A stretch of 63,307 bases of DNA, the filler included, from Octopus bimaculoides (lineage: Eukaryota): NCBI RefSeq assembly GCF_001194135.2. It is 8 parts of 8 records of this genome, joined end to end, with 100 filler letters (N's around TTAATTAATTAA, not from the genome) between each part and the next. Parts side by side here need not be neighbours in the genome. Positions count along the whole stretch, not along the records: positions 1 to 19,171 come from NC_068996.1; 7 more parts are not named here. The stretch is one strand, 5' to 3'. Under the pieces are notes generated by a model. The model was not told the DNA's origin. It did no database searches and was given only the letters and a program-made list of their open reading frames with translations. Position 1 is the stretch's first letter; the number at the start of each line of letters is the position of its first letter. Made by a program: the position numbers and the translations under genes. Shown here piece after piece: positions 1-12,600 of the stretch.

Positions 1-29
1 TATATATATATATATATATATATGCATAT

Positions 30-128
30 AGGCGCCGGAGCGGCTGTGTGGTAATTAGCTTGCTTACCAACCACATGGTTTTGTGTTCAGTTCCACCACT
101 TGTCACATTGGGCGAGTCTTTTCTAGCA
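30..128 (+). mobile_element. 5' fragment of octopus tRNA-derived CORE-type SINE (OR-like)
   Basis: ggcgccggagcggctgtgtggtaattagcttgcttaccaaccacatgg matches the head of the full copy at 61401-61795. Confidence 0.75.
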
Positions 129-744
129 TATAAAAGACAAATTTAGGCGGGGCAAAATGCGTAAGACAAGACATAGTAAATATGCCCTTTCAGTTCGCTA
201 GAATTAAATTTTGAAAAGAGAATCATACACATAAACAGTCATCCTTAGATATCAGGAAATGCAAAAAAATTTGAAACATCTTGGTCAAATAAAAGAGGAT
301 TTATAGGAAGGGAGCGCATAATATTAAATTAATGAAACTCAATTACATCTAAAAGCTCAACATAAATTTTTTTATAGCTTCTTCACTATAGTTTCTTCAC
401 CAAAAATTATTCAGATATTTTATCAGCTACCTTAGTTACAAATGGGTCAAATTTGAAGAAAAATTTCTTGAAAATAGTCCCTGTCACTTATATTTCAAAT
501 TTTCATCTTCAACAACAACTATGTAACCTATACTGACCAAATTTTACTCCCAAAGATGGTACAAAATGGAAAAAAATAACAAGAAATAAAAAATTTATGA
601 TTTTGACGCAGTTACCAATTTTTCCCCTCTACCATATAGTAACTGCAAGTGTTTGGCAGAATGACGAAAAATTTATGAAAAAAATAAGAAAGAAAAAAGG
701 TTTAATTGTAAGAGATATTTGAATATAAAGGCAATAATTCTAAA

Positions 745-1327
745 TCTGAAAAAAAAGGTCGATTTCATTGCGTTTGAGATGCATATCGCAAATATTGATT
801 CGTTGTATTGAGTGGAACCCAAATAATTGGGCTTCTTAACGGGACCAATACATTTTATGTCATTGTCAATTGTTGTGTGTGATACATTTAACCTCTCTGC
901 AATCTATCGCACAGTTATATGACAATCAGATTCAATTATGGCTTTGATTCGATCGTCAACCCATGGTCGACCAGAATGTTAGTCATCTTTGAGTGAAAAA
1001 TCTCTAGAACGGAATTTTTAAAACCATTTCTGACGTGCGCTCCGTTAATCAACATCATAAACTTCACACATCTCTTTGTGAGCCTCAGCAGCTTTCTTGC
1101 CTTTACGGAAATAAAAAGTAAATGTAAGATATGGAGAAGATCTTCGTTTTTGCACTCCATGTTAGAATTGACACTGGACTAAGAGCTGTAAACAAAATTA
1201 CAAACAATTTGCTTCTAAAGTAAGCTAACATTAACGGCTATGAAATTTTGAAAATGAAAAAGTCATTAAAAAATATCGTAACACTATCTATTTGCGAAAA
1301 ACAAAATTACTTCCTCCCAACCCAATA
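745..1327 (-). mobile_element. mariner transposon 5' relic (TIR plus N-terminal HTH of transposase, frameshifted)
   Basis: The minus strand starts with TIR-like TATTGGGTTGGGAGGAAGTAATTTTG. From the ATG at 1160, with frameshifts, it reads MECKNED..HIL..YFRKGKKAAEAHKEMCEVY...QKWFKKFRS.DFSLKDD.HSGRP..VDDRIKAIIESD.HITVR.IAERLNVSHTTI...IWVP, typical of the mariner N-terminus. Confidence 0.8.
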
Positions 1328-1394
1328 TATATATATGTATGTATGGAAGTATGATTATTCTTTGAGTTTATCTTAGATCTTTTTGGGAGAGTTC

Positions 1395-2900
1395 AAGCCG
1401 GTTGCTAACAAAACGACAAGATATTTTGAGTTTAGAGAGTACCTGGTGTTTGTAAATATGTGGTTGGGTTGTTGTGTTAGTTGACTCGTCGAAGCATATA
1501 CTCAAGTGTTTGCATCACCTCACATACGTATCTCACATGGACAAATTTTAAAATGTTCACTCTACTACTAATACATTTGATTTGGAAAATCCGAGTCAGA
1601 TTCATTTGCTCTTCTCCAGTGAAACCGAGTATTTTAAGGTTTTTGCGCAAATTTGTGGGAACATAATCTAATGCACGTATTTTCACGGGTACAAAGGAAA
1701 TTCATATTCAGAGTACAAGAGCTGTAATTTCCACATTAATTCACCATAAATATTCTATTTTACCTGAACATTCGATCGTACATTCACATCCGTTGGGCAG
1801 CTAACCTCTACAACAGTGCATGACTTTTGTTCCCTGTCCCACAGAACAATATCAGTTGCTATGTTTGCACTGAATTGGTGTTTTATTGGGGTGTTCCATC
1901 AGTATTCTTTGTTTTTTAAAGGTCTGAATACTTTTTGGTTCTGACATGCCTTTGAAGTATACGTCAGGGCAGTTCTTCCCACGGATAACATAGTGTATAA
2001 TCTATGCAACTGAACTACAACGTGGATATTTGGTGCTATCTTTGTCCCTCTTGTTTATCAGGTATTTAGTGGCTATATCCTGTTCTGGGATAGCAAAGAC
2101 ATATCCTTCTAAGTGGGATGTAATGTATCTATCGCAGGCCCAGGAAAGGCTACTCTTCCCGTCAATGCTGTTGTTGCCCTCTTACATAGCTTACGGGATA
2201 TGTACTCATGCATTGCTTTATGCTGGTATGATACCTGCTTCTCTTCAAAGCTTCTGTTTAGGTAGGCCAGTCAAACCTCCTTTGGATCGCATTAGTCATC
2301 TGATCGCATTACATCTTTTAATAAATTACAGTAGTTCTCTAACTCTGAAGACGTTGTTGCTCTCACTTTTGAGTATGCATGGAATGTACTCATTTTTTTC
2401 TTTACTGTTCTGCGATGTCACATGTCCGTATAGTTGTGGCGGTTTGTTATTGTTGTGTTCGTCTTGGTCGTGTTTCTTGCCGTTTACAGTCACTTCGCGG
2501 AAGATGCTTACTCTGTTGTTAACACGAATATTATCATTTGTGCATTTTGGCCGGGTGATTTTGTCTACTAAGGTGACATATTTCTTTTCAAGAAATGTAT
2601 CTTACTGACATAATTGCGCTGTTGAAAATTTTGAGAATGTTGGGTATTTGATATCTCAATATTCTCCAAGTCTTTTCATGTAGCCTTTCGAAGGATCTTC
2701 AAAAGTCTTTCAGTAGAACTGGTATTGGTCTTGGTTCAGTTCACAAGTCTACTAGAACTTTTCTTGATCTGGATAGCTAACTCTGGGTTCTTTGAATGTG
2801 TGTATGTATACATTGATTGATTATAACCATTCTTGGATATGGAGTAGTAAGTCTGCAAGTCAAATTATCTGTATTTATAGAATTTTAATCTTCATGTAGC
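1395..2900 (-). mobile_element. R4/Dong-like (RLE-type) non-LTR retrotransposon, decayed 3' part
   Basis: Minus-strand fragments include SHLEGYVFAIPEQDIATKYLINKRDKD (pre-zinc-finger motif), DIVLWDREQKSCTVVEVSCPTDVNV (restriction-like endonuclease D..E motif) and VPVKIRALDYVPTNLRKNLKILGF. There are many stops and frameshifts. Confidence 0.7.
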
Positions 2901-4107
2901 AATGCAGGGCTTCCTACGTTAAGTATTTCTTTACTGTAAGAGCTATGAGTACCAAAATATAATTGTAGTGACATAACCATGCACATCCTCACTGAAGACT
3001 TCCATAGTCTTTAGAACTGACTATCTTATATGCATGAAGATTTTGTGGACATATATTTCTATTTAGACTTCTCTTGATATTATTCTAATCCTTCTTGAAA
3101 CTATATAAATTCTATGAAAACTGTCTATTAATAAATCATGTGGAACCGATTCAGCTGTTACTCATACATAAGCAAGCGATGGTAAAACGATTATTAACAA
3201 CCTAACTTGAATTTTGATGGGGTCTGCAGACCCCATTTCCCAAGACTTCAATGGGGCTAAACTCATTCATCTGTTTGAGAAAAAATAGAACACACTGAAT
3301 TTCTGGCAGTCTTGGTAAGAATACTCCTGAATCATCTCATTCACTATCATATCAATACAGTTTACTTCCAGAGAACCCATATAGATGTCGATGGAAAATG
3401 GACACGACTGTTATGATCTTCACTCTAAAATAATCTGAAAGAAATGTTTAGAGCGAAATCAAGACCTGTTTAACATTATTTGTTGATCTCCTCAAGGCGT
3501 ATGTTGCTTGCGGAAAATATTTCCAAATATGGTTACCTAATCATGTTTGTGTATTTTGTGCGGAAATTACATGATGGCATGAGGCGAGTTTTTTAATGAA
3601 ATGGAAACATGAATACTTTTCCTTCGCAAATGGTGTGGAACAGCATTGTTTAATTTTGTCTACATTTTTTTCTTTTTGAGTTACCCTTTTTAAATCATAA
3701 ATTCTGCCATGATGTATGTGGTTTCCAGAACATAGTATTGACATTGGGTACAGCTATGGTAGAAAATGTGTATCCTTGCAGATTGCAAGTATAAAGACAA
3801 TCATAAGCTTCTAAATAAATGTTGCTTTCAAATGGCTGGGTATTACTTGTGCCTGATGAGTCTACTAAGCAATGCACATGTCGATCAATTCTCAAAGGCT
3901 TGTAACAAGTTTGGATTCACTACTAGCTTGGCCAAAACAGTCTTGGTGTAACTGAACAATGGCATGTGGTCTGAGACATATATATCTTTATTAGAAAGGA
4001 TCTTCCCATTTATACAACGCGTAAATGGGAAATCACCTACTAAATTTTCTTCTCTCAGAACGCATCGTATTGTCTCTTGAATATCTGTTTAGTTACACAT
4101 ACACCCT

Positions 4108-4143
4108 CACACACACACGCACGCACACACACACAAACACACA

Positions 4144-4231
<88 letters not shown>
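4108..4231. repeat. compound (CA)n(TA)n microsatellite
   Basis: Seen directly. It produces the THTH/IYIY artefact ORFs. Confidence 0.95.
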
Positions 4232-4236
<5 letters not shown>

Positions 4237-4527
4237 CTCCGCCAGTTCCAATGACTACTGTTCCTTGATCCGATCAACGGAACACCCTGCTTTTGAAATT
4301 AACGTGAAAGTGACTGAACATTCTACAGACTCACGTACCTTTAATGTAGTTCTCAAGGAGATTCAGTTTGATACTGGATGTAACAAGTCTGATCCCTTGA
4401 AATACAGGCACTACTCATTTTTGCCAGCTGAAGGAACTGGAGCAGTGTGAAACAAAAGTATCATTGCCGGCGACAATTGCACTCACAACTTTGCGATCAT
4501 GAACCGAATGCCGTAACCGCTAAGCCA
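4232..4527 (-). mobile_element. tRNA-derived SINE with CORE-like segment, near full length
   Basis: Reverse complement of the family seen at 60880-61085 (gttgatcggatcaa, gaaattaacgtg, actcatttttgccagctga), with a Pol III-type head ggcttagcggttacgg at about 4527. Confidence 0.8.
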
Positions 4528-4554
4528 TGCACCATCACACAGGCAGACAGACAC

Positions 4555-4589
<35 letters not shown>

Positions 4590-6197
4590 CACACACATAC
4601 ACACACACACATATACATATATCTGTGTGTGTATGTATATATATATATATATATATATATAAGTATATATAAGTATATATGCTTATAGATACATATAAGC
4701 ATGTTTATCTACATATAGATACATACGTAAGTATACATACATGTTATACATGCATACACATGCTCACACACACATATATGTATATGTTTGTACTTTACAT
4801 TTACATTTCGGTGTGAAACATTTAGCTCATTCTTTCTGAATGAACACATTAAATATCCTTAAATATCTCTATGTTTTTTGTTTTTTTTGAAAATGTATAT
4901 ATGCATCTGTATATTTGCGAGGAGCACGAATGTTTATGCGTATATTTAACGTTCACCTCAATGCGTTAAGTAAGAAATGTAGGTAACAATTAAGCAACTA
5001 CTTTCGCTATAAATTGCATCAATATCTCACTTTTTTTCAATTTTTTGTACATTAGAATTTAGATACTGTTCGTGACTAGAATATACTTCGTCCACTACCA
5101 ACCAAGTTTCGCATCACTTCCTTTCGGACCCTCGTTAATTTTTTGATTTTACCTTTATTGGCCATTAGTTTATTTGTGTTTATGCAGTGATATCATCAAC
5201 GAAATGATTTTGTTTTGTGTGAAGATGACTATGTGACCCCAGTAATTTGTTCACAACTAACAAGAGCAAATTCAAATGGAATGGAAGCATATAACCGACG
5301 CTCCTATTTGGTATAAGCGGGGAAGTTAAAAGTTAATTGTCAGTTTATATATATATATATATATATATANNNNNNNNNNNNNNNNNNNNNNNNNNNNNNN
5401 NNNNNNNNNNNNNNNNNNNNNNNNNNNNNNNNNNNNNNNNNNNNNNNNNNNNNNNNNNNNNNNNNNNNNNNNNNNNNNNNNNNNNNNNNNNNNNNNNNNN
5501 NNNNNNNNNNNNNNNNNNNNNNNNNNNNNNNNNNNNNNNNNNNNNNNNNNNNNNNNNNNNNNNNNNNNNNNNNNNNNNNNNNNNNNNNNNNNNNNNNNNN
5601 NNNNNNNNNNNNNNNNNNNNNNNNNNNNNNNNNNNNNNNNNNNNNNNNNNNNNNNNNNNNNNNNNNNNNNNNNNNNNNACTTGCTTTCTATTTTTGTGTT
5701 TATCTATAAGCTTTCTATCTCTATATAATTATTACTTACATTTCTTATATATTTTTAATATTTTTCAATATTTTTACTGATAGGACCTGCTGATGGGACT
5801 GTACTGATAGATTTCTATATTGTGTCTATGTATAAGCTTTTCACCTTTTTTACCTGGATTTTATTTTTTATATTTTTTAATATTTTTAATTATTTTTGTG
5901 TTTTTTACATAATTATAGGGTTAATGTTTTTGTATTTTTTCTACACATATTTTTCTGTTTTCTCCCCTCTACCCTGTTTTTTCTGTACGCCTATAGACAC
6001 GTACAAGAAACTTTATATGTGCGTGCTTGTGAGTGTGCGCGTGGGTGCGTGCGTGCGTATATAGATATATGCGTGCGTATATAGAGATATGTGCGTGCGT
6101 ATATGGATATATACGCAGTTTTAGACGCGTTTTGACCTTGTCGCTACACAGTAATTTCCTTTTGTTTTTAACGGTCATTTTTCACAGGAATTTTCAA

Positions 6198-6271
6198 TAG
6201 TCGGATAACTGAAGAGATGTTGGCGTGGGCTCCCACTCTGGCATCCGAAACTCGGAGTTTTATCATGGCTA
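6198..6271 (+). ncRNA. Type I hammerhead ribozyme-like motif with minimal helix III
   Basis: Stem I GATAA(6204-08)/TTATC(6260-64), extendable by TAGTC/GGCTA. Core CTGAAGA(6209-15). Long stem II 6216-6246 with one bulged C. GAAA(6247-50). Helix III ACTC-G-GAGT. Cleavage triplet GUU, cut after 6259. Confidence 0.65.
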
Positions 6272-6357
6272 CTGAATAAGTGTCACATATTTTTACAGAT
6301 AAATTACTCTATTGGCATAATATCGAGGTCTCTTTCTTTCTTTTGTTGTCCTTCCTG

Positions 6358-6400
<43 letters not shown>

Positions 6401-7010
6401 CATGCATACATACATACATACATTCATACATACATACATACATACATACATACATGCTCGCACGTGCATGTTTACACACGCTCACCCAGAGATACATGTA
6501 AATAGGTGTATATATTTGTATTTAGATGCATATTCCAGTTCTAAAAATTTGTTCTGTTATCTAGGTAGTATTAATAAAACGATCAATTCGAAAAGGAAAT
6601 ACAGGTTTCAGTAAAACCTGATAGCCATTGTGATTATGCCATTGAGATATGCATTCCTAGGACAAAAAAAAAAAACAAAAAACAAACAAAGTTTAAGTCA
6701 AATATGAATTTTAATTGCTCTATTTGTTTCCTTTTGATTTATTTTTACTGAGGATGGGACGAGTGAATTTAAAGCTGTCTATAATTAAATTTTTCTCTGT
6801 GATATTTTCAGTGTCAGGAATCACAAGGTAAATCCTTGCAGAATCTACAGCAATTTGACATCAATTTCTGCACCCCACCACACACACACATTGTAAATCC
6901 GGTTACTACATGGTGTATCAAAGTAGCCTTCTTTTAATTAGTGCAGTATACATTTTCTCTCTCTCCCTCTCTCCCTGTTTCTCTCTCCCTCTCTCCCTGT
7001 CTGTCTCTCC

Positions 7011-7041
<31 letters not shown>

Positions 7042-7185
7042 AGTTTGTAGATGTTTAACCTCAAGGAAGTACTGCGTTCAATGACATCCACGGAGTGACA
7101 ATCACATTATAATATATATCTATGTCTATATTGTATCGTGCTTACAAGAGCTTGACAGGCATCTTCGACTAGCAGGTCATGCTAC

Positions 7186-7228
7186 TCCAGACTGATGACG
7201 AGCAAAGACTCAGAAATATGTCTCTGGA
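7186..7228 (+). ncRNA. Minimal type I hammerhead ribozyme-like motif (Penelope-type)
   Basis: Stem I TCCAGA(7186-91)/TCTGGA(7223-28). Core CTGATGA(7192-98). Stem II CGAG-caaaga-CTCA with a C.A mismatch at its base. GAAA(7213-16), then TATG and TC, giving a GUC cleavage triplet. Confidence 0.65.
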
Positions 7229-7619
7229 TGCAGGCTTAGCTGGATGGAGGTGCTTGACTCCCCCTTGTAAACATAAGGACACAGGAAATGTGTTAAGGCC
7301 GACAGGAAACGGTGCAGCTTCCTAGGTCTAACCAACAATAGTATTATTCCTTTCAGGGGAATGTCAAATTAAGATGACAGCATACAACTACTTCATCCTA
7401 TCACTACTGCATAAATCTCTCTCAGAGATTTAGAAATGTATTATTTCTAAAATTGTATCATTTGTTTTAAGAAGTCACAATTTCATTTGAGTCATTATAC
7501 TATTATATGTAGCAGGTCGAGTGCCATAGTTGTATTATCTTTTCTCTCCGGATTTTACTGTTAGAATTAATGGGCAAGCATTCTACTTATAGCTGCATTG
7601 CCATTATTCTGAAGTATGT

Positions 7620-7650
<31 letters not shown>

Positions 7651-7748
7651 NNNNNNNNNNNNNNNNNNNNNNNNNNNNNNNNNNNNNNNNNNNNNNNNNN
7701 NNNNNNNNNNNNNNNNNNNNNNNNNNNNNNNNNNNNNNNNNNNNNNNN

Positions 7749-7791
<43 letters not shown>

Positions 7792-8567
7792 AGTATGTCT
7801 CAAATATGGTATAAACATACTTTTATTTAATTCTGCGCCAAATACCCTAACCTACACGCATTACAGTAAACAAGGTTAGGTTAAAAAAGATATGCGACTT
7901 TCCTATGCTCTTGAACAGACTGATTTGAAGAAGCATTAAAAAGCAATGTTCAATTACTTAGGAACTATCGTATTTTCACTAATGCTTCAATTCATTTCAC
8001 TAATGCGTCGAAGAAATAAGACTTTGTTTTTCAAACTAGAACAAGCGTTCACGTCTGTAATGTAACTCCATTTTGAACAACAACATTATTCAAGCACTGC
8101 CCCATTAATTGTCAGGATTACTGCCCAAGGAGACATGCCAGCCAGTAAAGCATCTCTATGCGTCCACTTAAAGTACTAGACACAGCAGCTAAACATCACT
8201 CAGCCTGTACAGTTAAGCCTTAATAATGAAAAGGTAACATTGGATAATATAGTTCTTGATATACAAACATACAAACTGGTTATGTGTGGATTGTATTCAA
8301 TCAACTGAGTGGTCAATGATGGCGAAGGCCAATATCCAAATGCATAAAGACGTTTTTGTTATTGCATAAATGCTGTTTAGTAAAATTACAAAGAAATTAA
8401 ACTAAAAATGTTATATGTATTGATAGGGATAACTATAGAAACTCACGTACTTTAAGCCACCGACATTTCTAAGTGTGTACATGTGTGTGTCTGCTTAAAT
8501 ATAAACAAAGCACAAGCACAATTGTCTGACCAATAAATACAAATATGCACACATCTGCATACGGAAT

Positions 8568-8608
<41 letters not shown>

Positions 8609-9359
8609 TTGTGTATGTGTATGTGTATTTGTGTGTGTGTATGTGTATTTGTGTGTATGTATGTGTGTGTACATGTACACATATTCAGATACGTACATAA
8701 TACATATATAAAGAATGAATGAGCATATGTAAGCGCATGTCATTTTGAATATGAAAGTGAATTTTATTTTATATTACACTCGAAAACACACACTGACCCC
8801 CCCCCACACACACACACACAAGAAAGTATATATAAGTATATATTTATATACATGTGTGTGTGCGCGCGCGTGTGTTTCGATGATGTTTCTAATAGAACTC
8901 AATCTCTTATACAGTAAATGAAGAGTAATAAATACAAATACATAGAATGGAGAAAATTTCTATTTCGAAAATATGTTTTGAAAATGTTATGCATTATAAC
9001 ATCAAGAATATAATCATGTTGAAAAATTATGTTTGTTTAGCAATCAATAAACAATATAAGATTAGGTAAATTCTGAGAATAAATGTATTACTTACGTGTC
9101 TTTTCATATATTTTTCGTGATCATCATTGAATTATATATATATATATATATCAGCCGTCTAACTAGCCAGCTATCTGTCTGTCTTTCTGTTTCTTTGTAT
9201 ATACATGCATATANNNNNNNNNNNNNNNNNNNNNNNNNNNNNNNNNNNNNNNNNNNNNNNNNNNNNNNNNNNNNNNNNNNNNNNNNNNNNNNNNNNNNNN
9301 NNNNNNNNNNNNNNNNNNNNNNNNNNNNNNNNNNNNNNNNNNNNNNNNNNNNNNNNNNN

Positions 9360-9399
<40 letters not shown>

Positions 9400-10309
9400 G
9401 TATATATATCGTAGAACACTCCTCAGGATACACTCCTCTATTTCCTTCATCCTTTCCCATATACTCATTCCCACCCGAACGATTCGCTACTGCAACCTTC
9501 CCTCCGTACATATTTATAAATATAAATACATTTATCTATTTCTATTTGCGTTGAGATGCGACAAATCTAGATTTATAATACCGTCCCAAAAGAGAAAAAA
9601 TTGTTGATGGTCGTAATGACGAGAAACTCGCTTTGCAAGATAAAGAATGCAGTCCATGTAAACAAAATCTCATGCACGTAATTTCTGCAGAAGATTTCGG
9701 TTCGTGAAGCGCGGGTAGTCTTCGACATTTTCTATCGAAAAGGGATCTTTAAGCCAATATAGTTGTATTTATATTATCATATGTATTTCGAGGTCCAATT
9801 AAAAAAAAGAGTGGAAGAAAAGAGAATATAATCTATATCATATATTGAGTACGCTGTTTCTTTTTTGTTACAAATTAACACCTAGTGTATACATACATTA
9901 GCACAAGATATATCTATGTATATTACGTTATGTATTTTACATATATATATAAATTTGTACATTATATAAGGCGCATTCCAAAATATCTGAGACTTATTTT
10001 AGGAGGGGCAGTTATAAATATCTTGGATTATTGTAATTTTACTGTATCATTACTGTACATCTCATAAGGTGTTCTACCAACTTTTGTTATTCCAAATTTA
10101 ACGGCACTTTGAGCATACCCTAATAGAAAATGCTTGTCACAGCTGACTAGTTTGCAGAATGCAGTAGGAGCGTAAAGGCTCCAGACTCTTCAAGGATTTA
10201 CTTGTATGAGCTGAGCATCTGTTTTTTGCTGACAAAAGGTTTCAAGGACGGTAGAGAGGAGGTGAGTGCTGATAGTTGGTGTAGGATGGGTGGGGGATGT
10301 CGGGACATC

Positions 10310-10860
10310 AAAGCTGGTTGAGAAAATATTAACTGGATGAAGACCGTGGTGTGTCTATAGAGATAATAAACATTCAGTTTAGAATTGGTGTTTCAACTGT
10401 CCTCATAATTAGTCATGAAGATCTGAACGTGCGGAAAATTTGTGTACGGTTTGGTCCCAGAGATTTCAGTAACGAACAGAAGAAAGAAGGGACACAACGC
10501 GCCGGCGGCAATTGAACTCACAACTTTGCGATCATGATTCGAATTCCGTAACCTTGTGAAGGTTTTGAGTGAGGTCAGAAAGAGTTTCTGTCCCAGAAGG
10601 TCAGAAGTCATGAACTCGAGTCGGTGGCATCTGCACCAGAGTAATGCTCCAGTACACAATTCCAACCTGGTAACCAACTAATTGACAGAGATGGGCATCA
10701 AAACTGTCGCTCCTCCTCCTTATATTCCAGACCGTGTTCCCTGTGAATTTTGGTTGTTCTCAAAACTGAAGGAGGTTCTCAGGACAATTCGCTTTGAACA
10801 TGAAGGAGGCTGTAACAAGAGTCCTTTACTTTGGAAGACGTACATAAGAAAGCTATATTT
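10310..10860 (+). mobile_element. mariner transposase relic with internal deletion
   Basis: Decayed EDRGVSIEII...STVLIISHEDLNVRK..GLVP, then WHLHQSNAPVHNSNLVTN*LTEMGIKTVAPPPYIPDRVPCEFWLFSKLKE, corresponding to the mariner HHDNAP and HPPYSPDLAPCDFWLFPKLK motifs. Confidence 0.85.
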
Positions 10861-12440
10861 CGTGATGTCAATAGCGTGTGTATAAAATGTAAGATTTACT
10901 ATAATTGAAATATATATCACTGCGTAAATCTAAATTGCTCCTTGCACTTAGATCGAGGTCGAGAGACCGATGAGCAAGGCTAATCCACCACTTACTTACA
11001 ACACCTACTCGCCGACCTAGCAATTTTCAGTTTTACTGGTTTGCATAAACTCACAACATGCTAATAAGAAGCAGAAAATAACCTACAAACTAAAGTTTAG
11101 CACAAAATGGCACACTAAATTTAGATGCATAAAAACATACAAAGCATAAAACTTGTTACATCACACCTATTTAGATTTAAATATCATAAAAATGAGGTTT
11201 GTTAACCCTAAATACTCACTCAAAAATTAGGGAGAAGAAGTAGTCTGTAAACATTTTTACTAGTTTCCATGATTTTTAGCATTAAGCAGGTTACTTTCTT
11301 TTTTAATGCAATAATGGTGTATCTGATTTCAGTAATATCACTAGTATAATTTTGTAAATTAGCAGAATGCCTTACAGTACAATCTTATCAGTCTATAATT
11401 AAATGCATTCTTCGGCGACTTTTTAGAATTCGATATGAGGTTCATTCCTAATAAATATTAATATTATCAACGCTATAAAATATTTTACGTTGTACGATAA
11501 TTTTTTTGGTCGGAAACATTTGATGAGATCCGAGGGCTTTACGATTCTTTAATTTTTAGAATTTCATACCACAAACTTACAGGACTGTACATCTTAAACT
11601 TACTTTTGATTAGATTCTTCTTTGCCAAATTTGGTCATTACTTATTTTAATGCAATATAAATATGGTAAAGGTGAGAGAGAGAATTGCCGATATCAAAAT
11701 TTATCCCAACCATCGCCCAATAATTCTTTAAAAATTAGCTAATATCATATTAAGTTTATTGTCTGAAAGGCAATCGTTTAACCTTTCTACAAATTACTAA
11801 AAGAACTTAAAATAAAATAGCTTCAAATATAGAACCGTTATTGTTTATAAACACGGGAATATGAATTGAAATAGAATCATTCACGAAATCAAAATTAAAT
11901 GCATAATTTTCACTGTCTGTTGCTAAGCTTCGAAACAATTGTTTCCTCAAACACACGCGCGTGAGAGCACACGAACGCACGCACACTCATGGATACTTTA
12001 ATAAGATTGTCACTAAAGTGAGCTATAGTTGTTAAAAAAAAAAATCAATTCTTACGTAACCAATTTAAATAAAACCAAAAGAAAAATGTAGGGTCATTAG
12101 TCTTACATTCATCAGACATATTTGAATATCATAAAATAATTTGCAAAACACAAATGTTCATTAATGAACTGGGGAAAACCTAGAGATAACAGAGTCGACA
12201 CCAACATTTCAAACATGAAACTGCTTACTTTATCTCTATCATGAATTAACCCTTATGAATTACTTCAGCTGTATTGTGTTTGTAAATTTATGCAGTCTGT
12301 TGTAACAGAGGTCAAGCTTTTTCCTTAACTAATCCTGTTTTCCAAAATATAATAATTCACTAATTATATAGAATACGCCCATTATAGATCTGGGAAGACC
12401 ATAACGCAAATGATAACTCGATCTACAGACATGAAGATTT

Positions 12441-12600
12441 TATTACCCAGTGCGCATAAACGAAAGCAGGGTATTGTAATCACTCGTCTGTCTGTCTGTC
12501 TGTGTATTTGAAAAATTAAGCAGAAATACTCATCGGGTGGGTGGCTCGAAATGATGAACATTTGGTTTGATTATCTTTAAAAAAATCGAACTTACAAATT
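12441..12600 (+). mobile_element. 5' part of a Helentron-associated (DINE-1/HINE-like) non-autonomous element
   Basis: ttattaccc...agggtattgtaatcactcgtctgtctgtctgtctgt: a T-rich start followed by the (GTCT)n microsatellite characteristic of HINE/DINE-1 elements. Confidence 0.45.

Noticed and set aside
2030-2608. 192-aa + strand ORF
   Set aside because: It is the antisense shadow of the minus-strand R4/Dong-like relic.
6812-6827. Possible 16-nt microexon (ttttcag|TGTCAGGAATCACAAG|gtaaat)
   Set aside because: Splice-like motifs occur often by chance in AT-rich DNA, the length is not a multiple of 3, and it has no match to TRRAP.
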